From Tubiluchus corallicola (taxonomy: Eukaryota > Animalia > Priapulida): a DNA stretch of 59,489 nucleotides. The first letter of the stretch is position 1. The number at the start of each line of letters is the position of its first letter. Position numbers and translations under genes: made by a program. Shown in pieces: positions 49,621 through 59,489 of this stretch. Location of the stretch: positions 1 through 59,489 of the forward strand of contig JAQGDQ010001146.1 of NCBI GenBank assembly GCA_030141605.1. Reading direction: 5' to 3'. Under the pieces are notes generated by a model, which was given only the letters and a program-made list of their open reading frames with translations, was not told the origin of the DNA and searched no databases.

Positions 49621-50616
49621 TCAGCTGTGTGCTTTATTTAATGCTTGTTGCTCAGCTGCGTGCCTCGCCACAAGTATGTTGTTCACTTCCGGTGCGAAAT
49701 TAATGGAATTCCCTGACAACTGACGGTTTAGGAACAAAATGTCCTTGAATGCCAGTCTAAATTCAGCGCTAGAAAATGCGTACACGATTGGATTAACAGC
49801 ACTGTTAATAATTCCAAGGATAAGTAAAATCTGGTATGTTTCATATTTCCATTCTTGAGATGATATATAACAAAGCATCTGATACAGTGATAAAGGACCC
49901 CAACATACCAGAAAAGCAAAGGTAACGATGGCTAAAGTTTTTGTTGCTTTCATTTGCATCACATTTGGATGACTTTCTTGACCACGACTGTGTATCTGTA
50001 AGACGTGTCTTCTTGCGGTTCTCCAAATTAGGACATACAGCACAAGAATCACAAATACTGGTAAATAAAATGATGAAATAAGGTAAAGAATTGATAAACT
50101 GCGTGCAGTTAAAATGTTATTCAAAGAAAAAATAAGTGCCTGTATTAAAGCAAAAGTCCAAATAGTACAAAGTGCTGCGACAATGGCTTTTTTCTTCACT
50201 ATGGTGTGATACTTGAATGGATGAACAACAGCTATATATCTTTCAGCAGCTATCAGGCACAGATGATATACACTTGCATTCATCATTGAACATTCAGATG
50301 TGTTCAGTATCAATGTGTATGTGAGGCTTAATCTCACAGCCGGATAGATGATCACAGTGATATCTATTAGAATAGGTATGACAACAAGTAAGTCAATCAC
50401 TGCAAGCGATGCTATAAACACATTTGTTTTTGTTTGTAAGCGAGGATTCTTATAAATTGCAATCAACACTAACAAGTTTCCTGCAATTATAGCCAAGACG
50501 GATAATGTGAGCAGCAGCACCATTATTACGATGAATGGAAAATCTGATACAAGCATGTCAGCAGCTTCTGTTGTATTTGCTGCAAAAATGTCCAACGAAA
50601 ATGAAGTAGAATTCAT
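49621..50616 (-). CDS. Class A orphan GPCR (A-type) with frameshift-extended C-tail, 331 aa
   Basis: Intact 7TM core; a 1-bp deletion after helix 8 gives the tail LNRQLSGNSINFAPEVNNILVARHAAEQQALNKAHS. Confidence 0.9.
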   Translation of the reverse strand: MNSTSFSLDIFAANTTEAADMLVSDFPFIVIMVLLLTLSVLAIIAGNLLVLIAIYKNPRLQTKTNVFIASLAVIDLLVVIPILIDITVIIYPAVRLSLTYTLILNTSECSMMNASVYHLCLIAAERYIAVVHPFKYHTIVKKKAIVAALCTIWTFALIQALIFSLNNILTARSLSILYLISSFYLPVFVILVLYVLIWRTARRHVLQIHSRGQESHPNVMQMKATKTLAIVTFAFLVCWGPLSLYQMLCYISSQEWKYETYQILLILGIINSAVNPIVYAFSSAEFRLAFKDILFLNRQLSGNSINFAPEVNNILVARHAAEQQALNKAHS

Positions 50617-51147
50617 ATTCACAATATTTTTACTTTTCAAAAAGCAAAAGTCAGAGCTGTATACACATAAAGCACACTGCCATCTTTGTTAAAATCCACC
50701 AAAATTCTAAACCACCAGTCACAGGAATTAAAATGAACATCACACCATGGCTTTGTTTTATTTTAACAAATGTTGATGGTGTCTTTTCTCTGTGATAGCT
50801 GCTTCTTAAAACATACTGATGCTCTAAAAGGGAGTTAGAAGCACCTCGGTATTTCTCAGCTTCCCACTGCTTTAATGCAATATGATGTTATTTACATTAA
50901 GAGCAGCACAAAGATGATTACAATGCTTCTCATATAAAATTTGTAGGTATCAAATACACAAGTGTCGAACAGTTTTGTAATACAACTGAAGTGTTACATG
51001 GAAGATCTTTGCAAACATTTCAGAATTTAGGCACACACCACATTATATATTATTATGAAGTGTATATTATTATCACATCTATGCAAACTCAGTTTACACT
51101 GAGTTGAATGTTTGTGCATCATTGGTTATAAATATTTCAATTCACTC

Positions 51148-51546
51148 TGATATTTGAATGGACGAACAATAGCTGTATATCATTCAGCAGCAATCGGATA
51201 CAAGTGCAATGCACTTATACTTACCATTCCACGTTGAAATGTGCAACACGGCACTGTATGTGCCAAATTTAATCTCACTGCCATATCATCTTAATTTCTG
51301 CCAGTACAGATAAGCTAACAAATAAGTCAGTTACAGCGAGTGGTCCTATAAGCACATTACGTTTTATTTGTAAACAAGAAATTTTACAAATCGCAATCAA
51401 AACTAACAAGTTTCCTGCAGTTGTAGCCAAGCTTGATAATGTGAACAGCAGCACGAGAATTACGATCGCTCGCTCCACTGGACAATGGTTCCAGTTTGTG
51501 ACATGTTTGCTGTGGCGAAATCAACCGAAAGTGAAATTGAATTCAT
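51148..51546 (-). pseudogene. P-type GPCR half-gene, copy d
   Basis: Aligns to 36042-36440 with the same lesions. Confidence 0.85.
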
Positions 51547-52539
51547 GATTGATCACAGTACGCGGTGCATTTCAAAAAGCACAAACCAGAACTGCCCCAG
51601 TATCATTGGTAAAAACCACATTCATTTAAAACTGTGAGTAAAGTAATATAGAGTGAACGTGTTACCAAGGCTTTGCTTTGTTTTAAATAATGATTCTTCT
51701 TACACTTTATTATGATGGCCATTTGCAGCAAGTTGAGAAACGTTAACAAAGTAACACAATGCTTCATACAAAATTTTATAGATATTAGGCACACCTGCTG
51801 TGCAATTGTCTGAGTAAGGTGTTACATGCAAGATTGTTCAAACACTTCAGAAATAAGCACCTGGAATATGTGTTACATGACATCTATGCAGTCTCAGTTT
51901 ACACTTTTCACCATTTATCAGAACTAGCAGGTAAAAAATCTTGGAATTTCTGAGAAAATGTTAGTAGATATCCCCACCTCACACCCGTGTAACAAAATTA
52001 CTCATAAGACACTTTCAATGATAATATAAATTGATTACTGTAATGTTGTATTTTAGAATGTAGATAATTTGGGCTTACTCAAAAGCATGATAACATTCAA
52101 GTGTTTTCAGAGTTATTACTGCTCATTGTCAGTCCTGGCTTCTCCTCATCATTCTGATCAACCCAGATGAGAGCCAAAATTACCTTGGTGTGCTGATAAC
52201 AGCCTGTGCTAATGAGGATAGGGGAGATCAGGGTACACAGATATGCCAAAATGCTGTACAAGTGCAAAGCAATATTCTTATTCATTAGTTTGCAGGAAAA
52301 CTTCTTCAAAGTCGGAACACAAAGGATTCAACCTGCACATTAAAGACAGTTTTTGCGAATTTCTCTGCCGTATTTTTTAAAATTTAATTGACATCAGTCA
52401 GATAAACCCAACATGCTAAGTGACATATCCTTTCCCTTAACTACGCAGCCCAGTTTGTGTTCTCCACTTAAGTGAACTGTGTGCTTTATTTAACACTTGT
52501 TGCTTCACAACAAGTATGTTGTTCACTTCCGGTGCTCAG

Positions 52540-53457
52540 TTAATAGAATTCCCTGACAACTGACTGTTGTGGGAACAAAATGTTCTTGAAAGCCAGTCTA
52601 AAGTCAGTGCTAGAAAATGCGTACATGATTGGATTAACAGCACTATTGATAATTCCCAAGGTAAGTAATATCAGAGATGTTTCATATTTCGCTTCTTGAG
52701 ATAATATATGGTAAAACATCTGATACAGTGATAAAGGACCCCAGCATACCAGAAAAGCAAAGGTAACGATGGCTAAAGTTTTTGTTGCTTTCATTTGCAT
52801 CACATTTGCCTGGCTTCCTTGACCTTGACTGTGTATCTGTAAGACGTGCCTTCTTGCCGTTCTCCAAATTAGGACATACAGCACAAGAATCACAAATACT
52901 GGTAAATAAAATGATGAAATAAGGTAAAAAATTGATAAACTGTGTGCAGAAAAAATGTTATTCAAAGAAAAAATAACCGCTTGTATTAAAGCAAAAGTCC
53001 AAATAGTACAAAGTGCTGCGACAATTGTTTCTTTTCTCACTATGGTGTGATACTTGAATGGATGAACAACAGCTATATATCTTTCAGCTGCTATCAGGCA
53101 CAGATGATATACACTTGCATTCATCATTGAACATTCAAATGTGTACAGTATCAATGTATATGTGAGACTTAATCTCACAGCCGGATAGATGAGCATCATG
53201 ATTTCTATTAGAACAGGTATGACAACAAGTAAGTCAGTCACTGCAAGCGATGCTATAAACACATTAGTTTTTGTTTGTAAGCGAGGATTCTTATAAATTG
53301 CAATCAAAACTAACAAGTTTCCTGCAATTATAGCCAAGTCAGATAATAAGCGCAGCAGCACCATAGTTATGATCAATGATAAATCAGCTACAAGAATGTC
53401 AGCAGCTTCTGTTGTATTTGCTGCAGCAAAATCCACTGAAAATGAAGTAGAATTCAT
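52540..53457 (-). CDS. Class A orphan GPCR (A-type), 305 aa, sister of 44105
   Basis: Intact 7TM ORF; ATG at 53457. Flanks match those of 44105 at an offset of about 8.4 kb. Confidence 0.93.
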   Translation of the reverse strand: MNSTSFSVDFAAANTTEAADILVADLSLIITMVLLRLLSDLAIIAGNLLVLIAIYKNPRLQTKTNVFIASLAVTDLLVVIPVLIEIMMLIYPAVRLSLTYTLILYTFECSMMNASVYHLCLIAAERYIAVVHPFKYHTIVRKETIVAALCTIWTFALIQAVIFSLNNIFSAHSLSIFYLISSFYLPVFVILVLYVLIWRTARRHVLQIHSQGQGSQANVMQMKATKTLAIVTFAFLVCWGPLSLYQMFYHILSQEAKYETSLILLTLGIINSAVNPIMYAFSSTDFRLAFKNILFPQQSVVREFY

Positions 53458-55109
53458 ATTCCCAATATTTTTACTTCTCAAAAAGCCAATGTCAGAGCTG
53501 TATGCAAATGTAGCACACTGCCGTCTTTGCTAAAATCCACCAAAATTCTAAACCACCAGTCACAGGAAATAAGATGGGCACGACACCGAGGCTTTGTTTT
53601 ATTTTAACAAATGTTGATGGTATCTTTTCTCTGTGATAGCTGCTTCTTAAAACATACTGATGAGCTAAAAGGGTATTAGAAGCACCTCGGTATTTCTCAG
53701 CTTCCCACTGCTTTAATGCAATATGATGTTATTTACATTAAGAGCACCACAGAGATGATTACAATGCTTCTCATATAAAATTTATAGGTATCAAACACAC
53801 AAGTGTCGAACAGCTTTGTAATACAATTGAAGTGTTACATGTAAGATCTATGTAAACATTTCAGAATTTAGGCACACACCATATTATATAGAATAATGTA
53901 TATTATTATCACATCTATGTAAAGTCAGCTTACACTGAGTGGAATGTTTGTGCATCGTTGGTTATAATGATTTCAATTCATTCTGGATGCATAAAGAGAA
54001 ATGTTTTTATGTAACTTTTATTTTCAAATGCAGATTAAAGATTAAACAATTTTTTTTGGAAATGGATTCGTGTTGTTTCTGTTGCTGTTATTGTTGTTTT
54101 GTCATCTTTGGTGTTGTTGGCAACAATGACAGAAACAATGATGACGATGATAATAATAATGATGATGATTGTGGCAACGACGATAATGATTGTCCGATTA
54201 TTGTTAATGTAGATTTTCTAATGTTTACCACTAAGGCTTTGCAGATCCTTGCTGTTGTTTTTTTGGGATTATTCTCTTTGTTATTGCTGATTAATATAGT
54301 GACGAGGGCAGTATGATAATGATGATGATGATGTTGATGATATTGATGATACAGATGACAAAGTGGTTTTTAGTGAAACAGCGTAGTAAATGTGAACTTA
54401 GAGAAAATACAGGAGATGACAGTTTTTTTCAGACATAAGTAGGAGCATAAAGTCTCTATTTACTGTTTGAAAATTGTACTTGAAAACATTGTAGTGACAA
54501 AACTTGTTAACTTAAATCATTTGTTCTCAGTTTTGGTCATCTATATTGCAGGCTTTACCCTTTAATACCAAAGATAGAGATACAAATCCCATAGATGCTT
54601 TTTGTGACTTTTAAGACAAGTGTATGGCATTTCACAAAGCAGCATGGCAATCATGATTGATCAAAATGTAATTTATTTTATCTTGAACTAAGCTACTGTA
54701 TACAATATTTGACAAACGTTTTGGCAAACAGTTGTTATATTACTATTTCCAATAACCAGTTGCACAACAAACAGCAAGTAATGCAGACAGCACTCAACTG
54801 AAAAATAATTTAGGTAACAACATTCCAAAAACAGATAATTATAAATCTTAAATACAAATCCCTACTTGCCAGTGATAGACATTTTCAAACCATCACAAAA
54901 TCACAAAATACATGGTGCAAAGCAAATATTCTGCAATAAAATTGAAAAGAAATAATAAAACTGGAAAAACATATTTGTGCATGATCCTCAGTTGTGTGCT
55001 CAATTTCATGAACATTGTTCAGTATTTCATGCCTATTACTCAGTGCATACTCCGCTTCAAGTATGCTATTTGTTTGTGTGCTCAATTAACGGAATTCCCC
55101 GCCAACTAA

Positions 55110-56018
55110 CTAATGTGGAAATAAAATGTTCTTGAATGCCAGTCTAAAGTCAGTGCTAGAAAATGCATACACGATTGGATTAACAGCACTGTTGATAATT
55201 CCAAGGGTAAGTAAAATCTGAGCTGTTTCGTATTTCATTTCTTGAGATGATATATAAGAAAACATCTGATGCAGAGACAAAGGACCCCAGCATACCAGAA
55301 AAGCAAAGGTAACAATGGCTAAAGTTTTTGTTGCTTTCATTTGCATCACATTTGGATGGCTTTCTTGACCACGACTGTGTATCTGTAAGACGTGCCTTCT
55401 TGCGGTTCTCCAAATTAGGGCATACAGCACTAGAATCACAAATACTGGTAAATAAAATGTTAAAATATAAATAATTGATGAGCTCAGTGTAGCGATGCCT
55501 TTGAAAATGTTACTCAAATTCAAATTAACAAAAACCTGTGCCTGAATCAAAGCAAAAGCCCAAGTAATGCAAAGTGCAGCGATAATGGTTTCTATTCTTA
55601 CGATGGTATGATACCTGAATGGATGAACAACAGCTATATATCTTTCAGCAGCTATCAGGCACAGATGATATATACTTGCATTCATCATTGAAAATTCAAA
55701 TGTGTACAGTATAAATGTGTATATGAGGTTTAATCTCATTGCCGGATAAAAGATCACCGTGATTTCTATTAGAACAGGTATGGCAACAAGTAAGTCAGTC
55801 ACTGCAAGCGATGCTACAAAAGCATTCGTTTTTGTTTTTAAGCGAGGAATCTTATAAATTGCAATCAAAACTAATAAGTTTCCAGTAATTATAGCCAAGT
55901 CAGATAATGTGAGCAACAGCACTGTAATTACAATCAATGATAAATCAGCTACAAGAGTGTCACCAGTTTCTGTTGTATTTGCTGCAGCAATATCCACTGA
56001 AGATGAAGTCGAATTCAT
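55110..56018 (-). CDS. Class A orphan GPCR (B-type), 302 aa
   Basis: Intact 7TM ORF; ATG at 56018. Confidence 0.93.
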   Translation of the reverse strand: MNSTSSSVDIAAANTTETGDTLVADLSLIVITVLLLTLSDLAIITGNLLVLIAIYKIPRLKTKTNAFVASLAVTDLLVAIPVLIEITVIFYPAMRLNLIYTFILYTFEFSMMNASIYHLCLIAAERYIAVVHPFRYHTIVRIETIIAALCITWAFALIQAQVFVNLNLSNIFKGIATLSSSIIYILTFYLPVFVILVLYALIWRTARRHVLQIHSRGQESHPNVMQMKATKTLAIVTFAFLVCWGPLSLHQMFSYISSQEMKYETAQILLTLGIINSAVNPIVYAFSSTDFRLAFKNILFPH

Positions 56019-56764
56019 GTTCACAGTATTTTTACTTTTCAAAAAGCCAAAATCAGAATTGCATACAAATGTAGTGCACTCCTGTCTTTGGTAAAATCCA
56101 CCAAAATTTTAAATCAGCAGTCACAGCACAGAGCGAGTTCGACAACGAGGCTTTGATGCTGGCAAGTGTTTGGTCTGCCAGAGCGATGTTAAAAGCACCG
56201 ATCTCATGCTTCATTAATGCAGTATAATGTTATTGACGTTAAAGTGCACTTATAGAGATGATCACAATGTTTTTGTTTGTATAAATATGATTGATATCAG
56301 CCGCATTCGTTGAACAATAGTGTAATACAGCTAAAGTGCTGCATGCATCAGTGAAGACATTTTGCAATTAGGCACACACTATACATACATAATCACGCAT
56401 GCATAGACTCAGTTTATGCTGCCTGAAATGTTTGTGCATTTTTGGTTATTACGATTTCAATTTTATCTGGATGTTTCACAAAATGCATTTTGTGGTGCTT
56501 TCATTTTCAAATGTAGATTAAAGTTTTAACTGTTTTTTTGGAAATTGTTCCTTGTTGTTTCTGTTACCGTTGTTGTTGGTTTTGTCATTGTTGAAGCTGT
56601 TAGTGACAACAATGGAAGTAAATGGTGATGGCTATAATAATAATGATGATGATCGGATAATGATAACAACCATGATAATATATACATCTTTATTTATACT
56701 TAATGTTGCATTACATGTAATAAAATAAAGTAAGAGGTGCTATTACATTGGTATATACATTATG

Positions 56765-57545
56765 TTGTTAGACTTGACGCCGACAAGTAACAAATGGCTC
56801 TCAACATGTCGGACTCAAAATGATGAAGCACCGAATTGACTAGTGACTGAAACTGTGTGACAGTAAAACAGGCAATAATTATGCATGTTATAACTAAGAA
56901 ATCACAACCTTCTTATTTATGAAAGCATTTCTCATCAACATTCAGTCTGTTTATTGTCTGTAACCACAATGTATAGAATATGCCCAAAGTGTATTACATA
57001 CTGTCTAGATTCACATCTGTGTTTGCATCTTCACTAATACCAATACAAATACCACAGATACAAACACAGGTGGAGAGAGAGGTGCAAATGTTGCAGATTT
57101 TTTTGTGACTTTTAGGACAAGTGCATGGTAAATGCTGTTAGAAACACAGACAATGATCAGTTTCACCCGTGTTATTACAACATTAAATGTAAACTCTATA
57201 ATGCATCAGAAATGTTAAAAATGCTTCATAATCAGCTTTTTTCACTGGTTAATTAAGTATTTAGTTGCCCATTCACTAGGGCATTTATTAACTGAGTTGG
57301 GTCTTCAGTTAAAGTGCCTTGTTAATAAGACTACAAAGAGCTTGGTTTTGTCAGGTAAGAACCTATTTGATATAGTGCTTCCCAAGTGTAATAAATAATT
57401 CGAATAACTTCTTGTAGATTGTAATTAGTACTACTGGTTGTAATGTCACTTTTATGTTATGAATACTCAATATAACACCACTGCAAAACTGTTTTTTTAA
57501 AATATATAAAACCATTTGTAAAATAATTTGTGCTGCACATAGTCT
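56765..57545. mobile_element. Older diverged partial copy of the 32511 element interior
   Basis: gcaataattatgcatgttataactaagaaatcacaacctt and gagcttggttttgtcaggtaagaacctatttga match segments of 32640-33170. Confidence 0.6.
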
Positions 57546-57558
57546 GATATAAACTCGG

Positions 57559-57690
57559 TACAGTAGGTGCCGCTTAATAGACTCACTTTAGGACCGACGT
57601 GTTTTGACCCAATTAACCGACTGAACCTATTAATCGATGGGTGTAGTATTCCAGGTATAGAGGTACGAATCATCAGCTTACTATGCACTG
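57559..57690 (+). mobile_element. pogo/Tigger-like element end, related to 5270-5417
   Basis: Starts TA|cagtaggtgccgcttaatagactc; the ORF-track peptides at 5207 and 57497 are visibly homologous. Confidence 0.6.
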
Positions 57691-58162
57691 CAACGGTTTT
57701 TAATGAATTTTAGAAACGAACTAATCCCTAAATTCCTTTGTGCAGTTAAAAATTAGAAAAGGTATGACTAAAACAGTTCTCAATCGTCTGTTCACTTCAT
57801 TGCTTTTTTTTGCTGTACGATATTTAGTCTTGTAAGTAACAAGGAACACCAGCTGATTACTGTTCCTGCATCTTTGACAACATGATTTGCAACGAGAACC
57901 TCAACCCGCTTGGCAAGTGATTAAATGTTTAGCGTCTGCTAAGACATCAATACATAACTGAAATGTATTGAAATCATTCTCTTTTTCAGTGCAAGTCAAA
58001 CATTCTACAATAAAATTCAAAACAAATAATAAAACTGGAAAAACACATTTGCGCATGATGTTCAATCCTCATTCTGTGCTTCATTTCAAGAATGCTGTTC
58101 ATTTCATGCTTATTACTCTGTGCATACTTCGCCTCAAGTATGTTATTTGAGTGTGCGCTCAC

Positions 58163-59080
58163 TTAATGGATCTCCCTTACAATTGACCGTCGTGGGAACA
58201 AAATATTCTTGAATGCCCATCTAAAGTCAGTGCTAGAAAATGCATACACGATTGGATTAACAGCACTGTTGATAATTCCAAGATAAAGTAATATGTCGTA
58301 TGTTTCATATTTCATTTCTTGAGATGATATATAACAAAACATCTCATACAGTGATAAAGGACCCCAACATACCAGAAAAGCAAAGGTAACGATGGCTAAA
58401 GTTTTTGTTGCTTTCATTTGCATCACATTTGCCTGGCTTCCTTGACCTTGACTGTGTATCTGTAAGACGTGCCTTCTTGCCGTTCTCCAAATTAGGACAT
58501 ACAGCACAAGAATCACAAATACTGGTAAATAAAATGCTAAAATTAGGTAAAAAATTGACAAACTGCGTGCAGAAAAAATGTCATTCAAAGAATAAATAAG
58601 TGCCTGTATTAAAGCAAAAGTCCAAATAGTACAAAGTGCTACAACAATGGCTTTTTTCTTCACTATGGTGTGATACTTGAATGGATGAACAACAGCCACA
58701 TATCTTTCAGCAGCTATCAGGCACAGATGATATACACTTGCATTCATCATTGAACTTTCAGATGTGTACAGTATCGATGTATATGTGAGGTTTAATCTCA
58801 CTGCTGGATAAAAGATCACAGTGATTTCTATTAGAACAGGTATGACAACAAGTAAGTCAGTCACTGCAAGCGATGCTATAAACACATTCGTTTTTGTTTG
58901 TAAGCGAGGAATCTTATATATTGCAATCAACACAAACAAGTTTCCTGTAATTATAGCCAAGTCGGATAATGAGAGCAGCAGCACTATAATTACGATCAAT
59001 GAAAAATCAGCTATAAGAGTGTCAGGAGCTTCTGTTGTATTTGCTGCAGTCATATCCAGCAAAAGAGAAGTCAAATTCAT
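58163..59080 (-). CDS. Class A orphan GPCR (A-type), 305 aa
   Basis: Intact 7TM ORF; ATG at 59080. Confidence 0.93.
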   Translation of the reverse strand: MNLTSLLLDMTAANTTEAPDTLIADFSLIVIIVLLLSLSDLAIITGNLFVLIAIYKIPRLQTKTNVFIASLAVTDLLVVIPVLIEITVIFYPAVRLNLTYTSILYTSESSMMNASVYHLCLIAAERYVAVVHPFKYHTIVKKKAIVVALCTIWTFALIQALIYSLNDIFSARSLSIFYLILAFYLPVFVILVLYVLIWRTARRHVLQIHSQGQGSQANVMQMKATKTLAIVTFAFLVCWGPLSLYEMFCYISSQEMKYETYDILLYLGIINSAVNPIVYAFSSTDFRWAFKNILFPRRSIVREIH

Positions 59081-59489
59081 GTTCACAGTATTTTTATATT
59101 TCAAAAAGCAAAAGTCAGAGCTGCGTGCAAGAAGTGCACTACTGCTTTTTGTGAAATGCACTGGTCACAGGAAATAGAGCGAGTTTGACTTTGACTCTGA
59201 GGCTTTGTTTTATTTTGTTGAGTGTTTATGTACCTTTTCTTTGTGAGGGCTAATTCTTCAAACACACTGACATTGCAGAATGATGTTAAAAGCTTCCTTA
59301 TATTGATCATTCTCGACCTGCATTGATGCAGTATATTATTATTTACATTAAAGTGCACTTATACAGATGAACACAATGTTTCTGTTCATATAAATATGAT
59401 TGATATCGGCTGCATTTGTTCAGCAATAATGTAGTTCAAGTAAAGTGCTCCATGCGACTATGAAAACATTTTATAATTAGACACACCCT

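Noticed and set aside
24927-59080. Naming the receptors as histamine H2, adenosine, TAAR or melanocortin orthologs
   Set aside because: Only generic class A motifs are shared and the diagnostic residues are mixed; a phylogeny is needed.
25448-59177. Plus-strand ORFs overlapping the GPCRs (for example MNSSTIITIN...)
   Set aside because: They are antisense shadows of the receptor CDS, repeated because the genes are.

Overview
Eukaryotic, AT-rich genomic DNA, probably from an invertebrate (inferred from the repeat types; the taxon cannot be fixed from sequence alone). Left part (1-21 kb): ten phase-compatible internal exons (3226-20917, + strand, about 444 codons) of a polycystin-1-like (PKD1L/REJ family) gene. 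They encode the REJ module and the following helical region, and the introns are packed with minisatellites, MITEs, LINE relics and Helitron-like elements. The last exon ends in an open phase-1 donor, and no GPS/PLAT/TM exons were found in the remaining 38 kb. Right part (24.3-59.2 kb): a tandem array of intronless class A GPCR genes, all on the - strand, comprising 10 intact ORFs, 2 full-length nonsense pseudogenes, 5 5'-half fragments and 4 C-terminal relics. The array was built by nested segmental duplications, and the paralogs are patchwork recombinants. The receptors share Glu3.32 and an acidic residue at 2.60, lack the TM3-ECL2 disulfide and vary at pocket positions. Best candidate for a novel system: a rapidly shuffling, chemoreceptor-like GPCR repertoire nested antisense inside one large intron of a PKD1-like gene.
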